A stretch of DNA of 64,000 nucleotides, taken from NCBI GenBank assembly GCA_000092065.1, contig CP000593.1; one strand, given 5' to 3'. Below, piece after piece: positions 1-10,100 of the stretch (position 1 is its first letter; each line of letters opens with the position of its first letter). Position numbers and translations under genes: made by a program. The notes below the pieces were generated by a model. It was not told where the DNA came from. It did not search any database and saw only the letters and a program-made list of their open reading frames with translations. This DNA comes from Ostreococcus lucimarinus (Eukaryota).

Positions 1-3000
1 ATAGACTCAATACGCGCACGAACTTGCATCACCGCAGGTGCGTCCCAAAATTGCGCTATGGCGTCGCCTTGCTCGTCCGTGAGCTCGTCTTCCTCGTCCA
101 AATCTGGATTACCGTCGACCCAGCCGTACTTCTCCCGCTCGGGCTCCGTGTGCACCACGTTCGCCGCCGCGAATAGGGACTCTACCAGCGATAGAGCGAA
201 CGCACCTCCGACGTTTGCGACGTTGCGCTCGATGGAGTCTTCGTTTATAAATCGGTCGTCTAAAAGACGCGCCACGTTCGTCGCCGCGTTCGTATACACC
301 GCAGCTTTTACCTTCAACGCGCTTCCGACCAAGCTCGCCTGGAACGCACTAGTCGTCGACTCGATGAGCCTTGACGCGAGTTCTACGTCGAGCATGTTGC
401 GAAGCGCCAGGTTGGTGACGTTCAAGTAATGCCCTCCTCGTGTGATCAACCCAGATACAATCATCGCCGAATCTTCGTCGTGCGTGGCTAAAAACGCCGA
501 GCGCGAGCGCACGCGAGTGCACAAATCCATGGCGGATGACATGCCGAGCGATGCGGCGTTGAACATCGCGCAATCGCCTATTTGTAACGCGATAGATAGT
601 TCGTGGACGTCGGTTTCCGATACCGCACGGTAGTGCAAGCGCTCAGCCGCATCCACGGCTCTTCGCATTCGCTTCAGCGCCGCCGAATCTTCTCTCGTGC
701 AGTTCTTTCCAAATCCATCGGTGATGGGCGTGCTCGCCGGTCCGATCCAAAAGTCTTTTATTTTATCGCATGCCGCCTCGCCTTGCCGTTTATTCTCCAC
801 GCAATCTGCGATGATGTCTTCTAAAACGTCGCATCTTCCCGCCGCGCTGGAATCGTCATCTCTGCTCAGCGACTCCTTCAACTCCCGCGTTAAATCTACC
901 GCACCACGCGTGATAACGCTCGCAATCGCCCTGACCCATGGTTTAAACGTCGCCACGAGTTCGCTAAACTTATCTTCCTCTTCTGTCGAAAGCGCGCCTT
1001 CGCCTTCGATGTCCGTCTCGAGGCGGCATCGATAATAGTCTAAGATTCTAGCATCCGTCGCTTGTTCGTACCAGAGGTCGATCGTGGAAGTCAACACCTT
1101 CCACGCTTCCGTTTTGGAGTCGGGCGCATCGTATGAAGTCGTCAAAGTATCCGGAACCAGCTTTAAGCACGCAGATAACAGAGATTTGATCTCCGACCCA
1201 GCCTTAGCGGATTCCTCTGGACTCACGTCTTCGCGCGGATACCGCAGCCGCGACAAATTATTCACTCGCTGTATGGCGCATCCAATCGCCGCCGACTCGG
1301 CGTTTTCGTGCTCTTGGTTCGCACGTGGACTATCACGAACGAGATGTCGTACGATGGCGGACAAGTCGACGCTCTCGGAACGAAAATAAGAATCTCGCGC
1401 CGTCGCATCCGCGACCTCGCTCAAGCCTTGGCGGAGTGATGCTACGGGCACGTACGCTCGGAGTAAGGCACCTGTGCGGGCAGGTGAGCTCTCGACGTGG
1501 GAGTGCAAACGCTGCGCGATATCTTCCGAAAACCCTTCGAGGCACGCTTGCGCTTCTGGCAGCAGTGGTTCGCCCGCGTCAATCGGACACGTCCCGAGCG
1601 CGCTTTGCAGCACTCGCGCGAGCTTGTCCAAAGAATCGTACGGCGCTCGCGCACCGCTGGGCTTCTCGTCGCCGTCGTAGGCGGTGATGAATGCCTTGCG
1701 ACATATCACCATGAGATCAGGCGTTTGCCTGAGCGGGACGGTCTTGGCGGCGTCTTGAAACGCGACGAGGACTTCTTCCGAAGCCAGCGCGTCGTTGACT
1801 TTTTCGCCGTTTGCCATCGCCTCTATGACGACTTCACCTACAGATTCCATGAACTCTGGTAGCTGACGCATCTCGGCGAACGCTTTTATCATCGTTTGCG
1901 TCACCGCGACGCACTCTTCACGGGCGTCGCGCGATTTCACGAGTAAGAGCGTCAACATCACCTTGACGTGCGGCTCGACTAATCGCAAATCCAACGTTGA
2001 CAACGCGCCGATGACTCTGGACCAACCTCGATCGCGCACCTCATTCGTCTTTACGACCGTTGCGATGCTGGTCACGAACGCCTGCAGCGCGCTTTCGACG
2101 CGACCTTCGTCTTCCAGAGGCGAGTAAATCGTGAAATCGACGGCAATGTCGAGTAATCCGACGAGCGCATCGACGAGCGCGGAGGCGGCGTCTTCGTCGA
2201 CGCGTCGCTCACCCTTCCCGCCCGTCGGTACCGCAACGAAAGCGGCGGCGATCGGTTCAAAGAGCTCGACGAAGAGCGCGCGCGCGTCTTTTGACACCGA
2301 TTCACTCGACTTGTTCGCCGAACTGCTCGCCGTGGGTTTACGCTCGTTTGCGTCTTGCTCGCACGTCGCTCGCAAGACCCAAGGCGCCAAGCGCAACGCG
2401 TCCACGTCCATGCTTTCCGCCGCTCGCGCGACGCGTGCGATGGTGTCGCAAATGAACCCGGGCGCGGACGAACGCGCGCCGCCGGCGCCGCGAGCGTCGT
2501 CCGTCGAGGCTATCGTTTTCTGCTTCTTCGCGCTCGCCGCGTCGGCGACTAAATTCGGAATCGCGCGAGCGTACATCGGGTGCAACACGAACGCCCGCAT
2601 CGTCGCGTCGCACGCCTCCTTCGCACCTCTCCGCGCGTCCCCCTCGCCCGCTCGCGACCACGTCTCGACGACGCTCCACAAAAACTCAAAATCCACGCAC
2701 GCCGGCGCGGGCTTATTCGGCTGCGCGTTCGCCGCCGCCGCCGCCGCCGCGAGCGCCGCGCTCATCAGCGCCGCATTCCCCTCGTCCCACATCGCGCTCT
2801 TCGCCACCTCGACGCACTCTTCGCACGACGCCCTCGCGCCGCGTCGCTCGCCGTCGTCGCGCGTCAACGCGTCGAACGCCCGTCGCAGCGTCTCCCCATC
2901 GACCGCTCGCGCCCTCGACGCCGCCGCCCGTCGCAGCGCGCGCATCACCTCCCTTCGCCCCGCGCTCGCGTCCGTCGTCATCGCGCGTCCCGATCGCGTC

Positions 3001-3413
3001 GCCCTTTCGCTCGCGTCCGCGAAGCACCGCCACAGCGTCTCCTCGTCCCGCGTCCCGTCCCGCGTCGCGTCGTCGCCTCGGCGCTCGCGCGTCGTCGACG
3101 CGTCGTCGCGTCGTCCCGCGCGTCGCAGTCGCGCGCGCGTCCACGCGAGGACGACCGCGCGCGCGTCGTCGTCGTCGTCGTCGTCGAGCGCGGCGCGCGC
3201 CGCGGCGAGTCGTTCGGCGTCGCTCGCGCCGTCGGCGAACAGCGTCGCGCGCAGGCGCGTCGCGCGCGACATGCCGACGCGCGCGCGGCGTCTCGCGCGC
3301 GCGCGGGCGCGCGGCGACGCGCGACGCGGTCTCGCGCGCCGTCGGCGGCGTCGCCGCGCCGTCGGTTCGTACATATAGGGCTTTACGTGATTATATATGT
3401 CTCGTATGTGCAT
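1..3413 (-). CDS. Large hypothetical protein, 5' portion only; the C-terminus runs off the left edge. The N-terminus is Arg/Asp/Ala-rich low complexity, followed by alpha-helical protein-like sequence.
   Basis: Hand translation of the minus frame (codons occupying 3k..3k+2) gives protein-like sequence at three sampled places. Examples: DLWYEQATDARILDYYRCRLETDIEGEGALSTEEEDKFSELVATFKPWVRAIASVITRG... near 1079-900, VRDRGWSRVIGALSTLDLRL near 2039-1980, and ...FALSLVESLFAAANVVHTEPEREKYGWVDGNPDLDEEDELTDEQGDAIAQFWDAPAVMQVRARIES at 200-1. In-frame ATGs lie at 3413 and 3374 after an in-frame TAG at 3423-3425. The frame is missing from the ORF track because it has no stop inside the window. No family recognised. 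Confidence 0.45.
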   Translation of the reverse strand, partial: MHIRDIYNHVKPYMYEPTARRRRRRRARPRRASPRARARARRRARVGMSRATRLRATLFADGASDAERLAAARAALDDDDDDDARAVVLAWTRARLRRAGRRDDASTTRERRGDDATRDGTRDEETLWRCFADASERATRSGRAMTTDASAGRREVMRALRRAAASRARAVDGETLRRAFDALTRDDGERRGARASCEECVEVAKSAMWDEGNAALMSAALAAAAAAANAQPNKPAPACVDFEFLWSVVETWSRAGEGDARRGAKEACDATMRAFVLHPMYARAIPNLVADAASAKKQKTIASTDDARGAGGARSSAPGFICDTIARVARAAESMDVDALRLAPWVLRATCEQDANERKPTASSSANKSSESVSKDARALFVELFEPIAAAFVAVPTGGKGERRVDEDAASALVDALVGLLDIAVDFTIYSPLEDEGRVESALQAFVTSIATVVKTNEVRDRGWSRVIGALSTLDLRLVEPHVKVMLTLLLVKSRDAREECVAVTQTMIKAFAEMRQLPEFMESVGEVVIEAMANGEKVNDALASEEVLVAFQDAAKTVPLRQTPDLMVICRKAFITAYDGDEKPSGARAPYDSLDKLARVLQSALGTCPIDAGEPLLPEAQACLEGFSEDIAQRLHSHVESSPARTGALLRAYVPVASLRQGLSEVADATARDSYFRSESVDLSAIVRHLVRDSPRANQEHENAESAAIGCAIQRVNNLSRLRYPREDVSPEESAKAGSEIKSLLSACLKLVPDTLTTSYDAPDSKTEAWKVLTSTIDLWYEQATDARILDYYRCRLETDIEGEGALSTEEEDKFSELVATFKPWVRAIASVITRGAVDLTRELKESLSRDDDSSAAGRCDVLEDIIADCVENKRQGEAACDKIKDFWIGPASTPITDGFGKNCTREDSAALKRMRRAVDAAERLHYRAVSETDVHELSIALQIGDCAMFNAASLGMSSAMDLCTRVRSRSAFLATHDEDSAMIVSGLITRGGHYLNVTNLALRNMLDVELASRLIESTTSAFQASLVGSALKVKAAVYTNAATNVARLLDDRFINEDSIERNVANVGGAFALSLVESLFAAANVVHTEPEREKYGWVDGNPDLDEEDELTDEQGDAIAQFWDAPAVMQVRARIES

Positions 3414-3493
3414 ACAGTCTAACTACCGACGAACGGTCGGTCGGTCGGACGCGCGACGGCGCGGACGCACCGCGCCGCGCACCGCGCCGCGCG

Positions 3494-3644
3494 ATGGCGT
3501 CGACGTGGCGCCGGAACCGCCTGAGCTTTCGCGAGAAATTCGTCGACGCGTGCGACGTCGACGGCGTCGTCGTGCGGCAGTACGCGTCGAGCGAGGCGTT
3601 CGTCAAGGCGACCGGGACGACCGGGACGACCGGGACGACGACGC

Positions 3645-3679
<35 letters not shown>

Positions 3680-4339
3680 GTGCCGGCGACGGGATTCACG
3701 GTGTGGGACGCGAGCGTGCTGCTGGGAAAGTACGTCGGACGGGAGAGGACGTGGCGGCGGTTGACGAAGAAGGCGCGCGAGGACGCGCGCGGGCCGACGA
3801 CGCTCGAGCTGGGCGCGGGCACGGGACTGGCGACGCTGCTCGTCGCGGCGGCGCGGGGAAGCGCGGAGGGAGAGGCGGGGATGGTGTGCGCGATGACGGA
3901 TTTAAAGCGGGTCGTGCCGCTGACGCGGATGAACGCGCGGGCGAATAAGGCGGAAAGCGGAGGGCGGATACCGGCGAGCGTGGCGATGGCGACGACGACG
4001 CTGCGGTGGGGACGCGCGGAGGACGTGGAGCGGTTGCCGGAGGCGATTCGGCGGCCGGACGTGGTGCTGGGAGCGGATTTGATGTATACCTCGGACGAAG
4101 GCGTGATTCGCGCGCTGGCGGCGACGACGATGGCGTTGGTGGGGCCGGGTCGCGCGGCGGTGTTCGCGGCGTGTAAAGAGCATCGACCGGAGAGCGTCGA
4201 GTTGTTCGCGTCGATCATCGAGGCGAACGGTTTCGAGGTCACGCGCGTGCCGGCGTCCGAGGCGCATCCCGATTATCCGGCGTCGAACGAGGAATTCGAG
4301 CTGCTCGAGTGCTGGCGACCGCGACCGCGCGCCGACTAA
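3494..4339 (+). CDS. Class I SAM-dependent methyltransferase, putative protein-lysine methyltransferase (Methyltransf_16 / METTL21-FAM86-like).
   Basis: 281 aa ORF. Contains a TLELGAGTGLATLLVAA motif I-like segment and downstream MTDL...R / DVVLGADLMY motifs typical of Nnt1/METTL21-type lysine methyltransferases. A poly-Asp run is encoded by (GAC)n near the N-terminus. Confidence 0.7.
3611..3676. repeat. (GACCGG)3 followed by (GAC)10-11, inside the methyltransferase coding region (TGTTGTTGTT…DDDDDDDDDD).
   Basis: accgggacgaccgggacgaccgggacgacgacgcgcgacgacgacgacgacgacgacgacgac read directly. Confidence 0.9.
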
Positions 4340-4357
4340 TTTCAACGATTTAGCTAG

Positions 4358-6130
4358 CTAGAGTACCTCGAGGTACGAGGGCGAACGCGCCATCGTGGCG
4401 ACGTTCGCCGTCATCCTGAGCGTCTTGTACAATAAATACCCGGTAGCGACGAGCGCCGCGGGCATGATGATGACGCCCCACTCGTAAAGAGCGTTCAAAA
4501 AGGACGTGTGAAGCACGCGCGCGCACTCCGTCGGTACGCGCGTCTTCGCCCACGCCGAGTTCGAGCGCGCCGCCGTCGGGTGCACGACGCTCATCGCCGC
4601 TCCGAGCGTCCACTCCACCTCCGCGTCGTCGATGCGCTCGATGAAATTCAAACGCTCGTCGTTTTGTGAAAATCCGAGACCGACTTCGCCGGCGGCGATG
4701 TCGTCTTCCGCGAAGTCTACGCCGAGGAGCGCCTGCACGAGCGCGGCGTCGAAGCAACGTCCGTTGAGGCGATCCGCGGGAGTGTTGGGATCCTTCCCAT
4801 CGACATCCTTCACGAGCTTCGCCCACTCGATGGCGCACAGCTTTTCTCCGGCGGTCGCAATTTCCGCAAGCGTGGCCTTGGGCATGGATGGCAGCGCGCC
4901 CGGAAGGGCGACGGTGATGAAATTTGTGAGATGAAACAGCAGCGACATGCCAAGAAACCGCTCTACGCGTTTGAAATCGTCGGGCATGCGCAGCGTCACT
5001 TTTTGTTCGCGCTGCATCGATGCGATTTGTTTGCGTAATCCCACGACGCACTGGCGGTATTCGCCGGTTCCGGTCAATTCCACGCCGTCCACGGTGACGA
5101 CGTGCCCCGGAAACGCGCACGCGTTTCGCGTCGTCTTCGCCGCCGCCAGCGCGCCGCGCCATCTCGTCTCCATGTGGTTCGCCCCGTACCCCAAAAACGA
5201 CTCCACTTTCACCGCATTCCTCAACTCGAGCATGGACTTCACGAACGCGCCTTTGCCTTCCCTTGGCAGCGCCACGTACTGCACGCTCCCGCCGCCGACG
5301 TCAATCGCGCCGACAGACTTGAGCAAAGGATTATCGTCCTCAGAAACGCGCGCGAACGCCGGCGCCGGCGTGTTCGCGTCGTTTAATCGCCCGACCGCGG
5401 TGACGTCGACGTCTGACAAGTAATTCGCCGCCAGCCACGCGTAAAATCCTTCCTCGGCGCCGTCGACGGTTCGAAAATGTCCGTACCCGTGCCGCGTCCC
5501 CGTCTCAGCCTCCACCGCCTCCCTCACCTCGCGCCACAGCGCTTGTTGCTTCGCCGGCGTCAACACGCGAAATCCAGCCGTGGCCCACACGTACACGGGC
5601 GTTCGCGCGCGCTCGACGCGATCCGGGATCTTCGCCAACGCCGCGCGCACCGCCGGCATCAACTCCTCGCGCACCCGTCCTCCCATCTCCGCCAACGGCA
5701 GTCTCGTCTTCTCCTTCGTCCCGAGCGTGCGCATCTCGAACAACGATCCTCTCCCTTTCGCTTTCCTCGCGTTTTCTATCGCGAACGCGTGCGCGCGGCA
5801 CCCCGTGCTCCCGGCGTCGACGAAGACGACGTGCGTCGGCGTTCGCGCGCACGTCGCCGATCGCCCCTCGTGCGTCAGCGTCGCCAGCGTCGTCGTCACC
5901 AGCGCGCACAGCGCGAAGAACATCGACGGCCGGTGGAAGCGGTGGCGACCGCGCCGCGCCGACGCGCCCGGCGCCGACGCGTTCGACGAGAGACTGCCCG
6001 TGGAGGATAAAGATGACCCGCGCGCGTGCGACGCCTTTTGCGGGCTCGCGTCGAGCGCGTCGATCGCGAGATCGCTCGTCGCGGACGACGCCTTGCGCAT
6101 GACGTCCGCGCGCGACGTCGCGCGTCGCAT
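4358..6130 (-). CDS. Nucleoside tri/diphosphatase (apyrase, GDA1/CD39 NTPDase family) with N- and C-terminal transmembrane segments.
   Basis: 590 aa. Apyrase conserved region 1 (VVFVDAGSTGCRAHAF) and region 4 (IDVGGGSVQYV) are present. Hydrophobic N-terminal (FFALCALVTTTLATL) and C-terminal (GVIIMPAALVATGYLLY) helices match CD39-like topology. Confidence 0.85.
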   Translation of the reverse strand: MRRATSRADVMRKASSATSDLAIDALDASPQKASHARGSSLSSTGSLSSNASAPGASARRGRHRFHRPSMFFALCALVTTTLATLTHEGRSATCARTPTHVVFVDAGSTGCRAHAFAIENARKAKGRGSLFEMRTLGTKEKTRLPLAEMGGRVREELMPAVRAALAKIPDRVERARTPVYVWATAGFRVLTPAKQQALWREVREAVEAETGTRHGYGHFRTVDGAEEGFYAWLAANYLSDVDVTAVGRLNDANTPAPAFARVSEDDNPLLKSVGAIDVGGGSVQYVALPREGKGAFVKSMLELRNAVKVESFLGYGANHMETRWRGALAAAKTTRNACAFPGHVVTVDGVELTGTGEYRQCVVGLRKQIASMQREQKVTLRMPDDFKRVERFLGMSLLFHLTNFITVALPGALPSMPKATLAEIATAGEKLCAIEWAKLVKDVDGKDPNTPADRLNGRCFDAALVQALLGVDFAEDDIAAGEVGLGFSQNDERLNFIERIDDAEVEWTLGAAMSVVHPTAARSNSAWAKTRVPTECARVLHTSFLNALYEWGVIIMPAALVATGYLLYKTLRMTANVATMARSPSYLEVL

Positions 6131-6186
6131 CGACCGCGACCGCGCGCGCGTGTGCGGCGACGCGACGCGCGACGTGACGACACTTC

Positions 6187-7089
6187 ATGACGCGCATTCC
6201 AACCATCAATCTCGCGCGCGACGGCTCCGCGCGCGGTTTGACGGACGCGTTCGCGTCGGACGATTTCGCTCGACGCGGATTCGCGTTCGTCGCGCACGAG
6301 GGCGCGCTGCCCGAGCCGGAGATCGTTCGAAAGTGTTTCGCGGAGAGCAGGACGTTCTTCGACTCGAGCGACGAGACGAGGAAGCGCGCGCTGACGGGCG
6401 ACGCGCCGGGGATCGGGTACACCGCGTTCGCGTCCGAAAAGTTAGACCCGTCGAGTTCGAGCGTCGGCGACAGTAAGGAGGGGTTTTACGTCGTGCGGGA
6501 ACGCGCGAAGAATCGATGGCCCAGCGCGGCGTTCGAAGACGCGGCGACGACGTATTACGAATCGATGTACGCGCTCGGGAAACGGCTGTTGCCCGCGTTG
6601 GCGCGCGCGTGCGGCGTGAACGACGCGTACTTTGACGCGCATTGGTCGGCGTCGTCGCATAATTGCGTGCTGAGGTTTTTAAAGTACTCGGCGTCGAGGA
6701 GCGACGAAGGCGAAGGCCAATTCGCCTGCGGCGCGCACACGGATTACGGCGCCTTGACGATTTTGGCGGTGGAGAACGACGGCTCGACGGGGTTGGAGAT
6801 TTACGACCGAGAGACAGAGACGTGGGTGCCGGTGACGCCGCCTCCGGATCATTTCGTGTTGAACGTCGGGGACTTGCTGGAGAGATGGTCCAACGGACGG
6901 TTCGCTTCCACGCGACACCGCGTGATGACGACGGGCGAGCGCGAACGGTTTTCGATACCGTTTTTCTTCGAGCCGAGTTACGACGCCGTGATTGAACCGG
7001 TGTGTGTGGGTGACGGCGAGGCGGCGAAATACGCGCCGATTCGCTTCGGCGATTACTTGCAGGAAAAGTACGCGCAGACGTACGAGTAA
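6187..7089 (+). CDS. 2-oxoglutarate/Fe(II)-dependent dioxygenase (isopenicillin-N-synthase-like 2OG-FeII_Oxy superfamily).
   Basis: 300 aa. H-x-D...H iron-binding triad context (GAHTDYGALTIL ... RFASTRHRV) and RxS 2OG-binding motif. DIOX_N-like N-terminus (IPTINLA...). Confidence 0.8.
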   Translation: MTRIPTINLARDGSARGLTDAFASDDFARRGFAFVAHEGALPEPEIVRKCFAESRTFFDSSDETRKRALTGDAPGIGYTAFASEKLDPSSSSVGDSKEGFYVVRERAKNRWPSAAFEDAATTYYESMYALGKRLLPALARACGVNDAYFDAHWSASSHNCVLRFLKYSASRSDEGEGQFACGAHTDYGALTILAVENDGSTGLEIYDRETETWVPVTPPPDHFVLNVGDLLERWSNGRFASTRHRVMTTGERERFSIPFFFEPSYDAVIEPVCVGDGEAAKYAPIRFGDYLQEKYAQTYE

Positions 7090-7178
7090 AGAAATGTGCT
7101 TGCGATGTATTTGGTACAAGAGAAAAAAATTAGCAATGCAGTAGTAGTGGTAGCAAATGCAGCGCGGCGTGCGGTGCT

Positions 7179-7183
7179 TGTAA
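7179..7183 (+). promoter_or_regulatory. Candidate poly(A) signal TGTAA, about 90 nt downstream of the 2OG-oxygenase stop.
   Basis: TGTAA pentamer in the AT-richer 3' spacer 7090-7193 between convergent genes. Confidence 0.3.
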
Positions 7184-7193
7184 ATGTAGTGTA

Positions 7194-10100
7194 TCAATCG
7201 ACGTTTTTGCGCCACGCCGACGTCTTTTGTTCGCCCCCCAGTCCATCCGTGGCGAGTTCGCTCGCGATGTTGCCGTCGTCGCGCACGTGGTGGCTCATCT
7301 TCGTCGGCTTCGCCAGGCGACCTTCGTTTTTTTGTTCCACTTGCGCGCGCATTTGTGCGCACACGTCAAACATTCGCCATTCCTCCACGCGACATCGGCG
7401 GCACGATGATTCCAAAAACGCGAGCGTCACCGTACTGACGCGCACGCCGGCGTCCTTCAAGTGATCGAACACCTCCAGCGCGTCGTCGATGCGATCTTCG
7501 TGACAGCACACTTCGATGAGGCACTCATACATGGCGCGCACATCGCCGATGTAATCGTTCCCTTCACTCGAAGTGTGCTTACGCGCCTTGGAAAATGATT
7601 GAGCCTTTGGGGAGTCGCGCCAGATATCCAATGCTCGGTCAAGTTTTTCGCTTCGCGCCATGGCGACTATGAGCGCGCATCGCGCTTCGGCGTCGATGAC
7701 GTCCAAGACTTGTGGCCCATTGTCTTCATCCGCGCGTTTAAACGCGGCTTCGAAGACGCCGATCGCGCGAGCGAGCAAGAGTTCCGCATCGTCGGGGTCC
7801 GGGCTCGTCGAAGCGACGCTCAAGACGGTGACTAGCGCCGACCGCGTGCCCGCGTCGAGTTTGTGTCCTAAACGTGTGAAACGTTTGTACGACTCCCAAG
7901 CCCAATCGACGAATCCATCGCGACTACTCGCGACGATGAACTCCTTGAACGTTTGCTCACGCGGTTCCAAGTTACGCGAGTTCATCATAGAGATGAAGCG
8001 ATTGGCGCGCTCGACGTAACCCGCCGAACACAAGGCCCGAATGATGGCTTCAAGCGTCTCTTGTTCGAGCTTGCCTTTACGACGAACCGTCTTTTTCACT
8101 TCTTCGAGCATTTCTTCAATGCGACCGGCGCGTGATATGACGCGCAAGAACGTGTTAGAGCACCAGTCGTTCATCTGGACGTCACGCTCCGTCATATCAC
8201 GAAGCACCGAGTACGCGCGCTCGACGCTCTCCTCGACATCCTCGACGTAACAGCACGCTTGCAGTGCGCACCCGAAAGTCACAGTCGTGCAGTTGACATC
8301 AGCTTCAATCATGCGCGCGTACGTTTCAAACGCAGATAACGGCCGGTTGCCTTTGACCTGAGCGTCCATGAGCGCGGTGAACAAAAACTCGTTCGGCGTC
8401 ACGCCGTCGTCGATGGCGGCTTTGAATATTTTTTCCGCCTCGGTGACTTTACTTCCACGCTTTGATCGGCTCAAGGCGACGATGAGCGCGACGTACGTTC
8501 GCACTGTAGGATTGATTCCGTTCGAGACCATGTCGTGATACAGTCCCATGGCCTTGACGTCGTCATCAGCGCACGCGTAGATGAGGGAGTTGTACGTAAT
8601 CGTATCTGGAAGTTGACGTTCCAACCCTCTCCGCGCGCGCGCGTTCCAATTCTCTTCGTGCGCCTTGCGGTACTTGAAAATATCGTTTTTGAAGTCGTCG
8701 TAGACTTTAAACGCACTCTTGAAATCACCAAAGTGCAAATGTGTGGCGATTAAGCCGTTGCGAACGCCCGTGCAGTCTCGAACCATCGCCGGGCTCTGTT
8801 CGATTTCGCGCTGCACGCGGGCAAAGTACTCGATGCCCTCCTTCGACGCTTCGAGCGCGGACGTCAAGGCGTACGTCAAGTGCAACCATTCGTGTCCCAC
8901 ACGATGCGAGCGAGTAGAAATCATAATCTTGAGCACTTCGATCGCGCGCGCGGCGCGCCCACATCGAGCGCAAAGCGTTATCAACGCCGACCAGACGCGT
9001 CCGTTGGGCGTTGACTCGGCGCGCCGTTCGTCCCACTGCGCGTCCTCTATGAGCGCTTGCACGACGCTCTCTCCGCGTTCCATCGCGACATCACGCTCGA
9101 TTTGCTCGAGCGCGACGCCGCGAGCATACGTCTGGAGCATAGAAGTCACCATGTGATCGTTCCCTGCGTTGCCACACGCGCCAGATTCCAACGCTTGAGC
9201 GAACAAGTCCTCCGACCAACGCACGTCGACGTCGTCCGCCGCCGCGCCCGCGGCGAGCATGGCGCCGTATGTGATCATGGTTGGCTGTAAATTCGCCGTC
9301 TCGATCTCTTCCCAAGCCCACATCGCGCCCGGGAAGTGCTTTTTGCGCGTCGCCGCGGATATGACGCCGTTGTACGAACGAATATTCGGCGCGCAATTCG
9401 GCGTCGTCTTCATGCGCTCGAGCGTCGCCCTCGCGCCGTCGTAATCACCCCCGTGCGCACACACGTCTATGTACGCGTTGTACACCACCGTATCCACCGC
9501 ATTGACCGCATTCGCTTCCTCGAACACCTCTCGCGCCGTCCTAGCCTTTCCGCACCGTCCCGCCGCGCACACGAGCGCGCTGTACGCGTACGGATCCGGC
9601 TCCAACCCCGCTTCGTCTCGTCGAAGCTCAAACGCCTCTCGCGCGATGTTCCACTGATTCGACCCCTCCTCGCGACCGCACAGATAAATCACCGTGCAAT
9701 ACAAATCCTTCCCGCGCGCGAAATCGCGATCGCGCGCGTCGAAGAGACGCGCGTACCGCAGCGCCGCGTCCATCCTGTACGTCTTCACGCACAGCTTCAT
9801 GAACCCCTTATGCGATTTCGCGAGCGATTTCGCCATCGCTTTCGACACCACCGCGCGCGTCATCCGCGCGTCCCCTTCCCCCCGCCTCGCCAGCGTCGCC
9901 AGCGCCTTCACCGCACCGTCGACGTCCCCGGCGCGCAGCGCCTCCGCGTGTCCCCGCCTCGCCGCCGCCTCCGCGTCCGCGTCCGCGCCATCCGTCCCGT
10001 ACGACGTCGACGTCCCTTCCCCCGCGCGCGCGTCCATCCCGACGTCCGTCCGTCGCGCGCGGTACGCCCTGTATTCCCTCCGCGCGCGTTCGCGTTCGCG

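Noticed and set aside
2131-3378. 415-aa plus-strand ORF (Ser/Ala-rich), and many similar long ORFs elsewhere. Examples: 9694..10923 +, 9336..10457 +, 16377..17657 -, 19613..20818 -, 38432..39448 +, 46940..48286 +, 60387..61235 +.
   Set aside because: Low-complexity Arg/Ala/Ser/Thr composition typical of antisense or alternate-frame translation of CGCGACG-rich DNA. Each overlaps a gene with convincing conserved domains on the other strand or frame.
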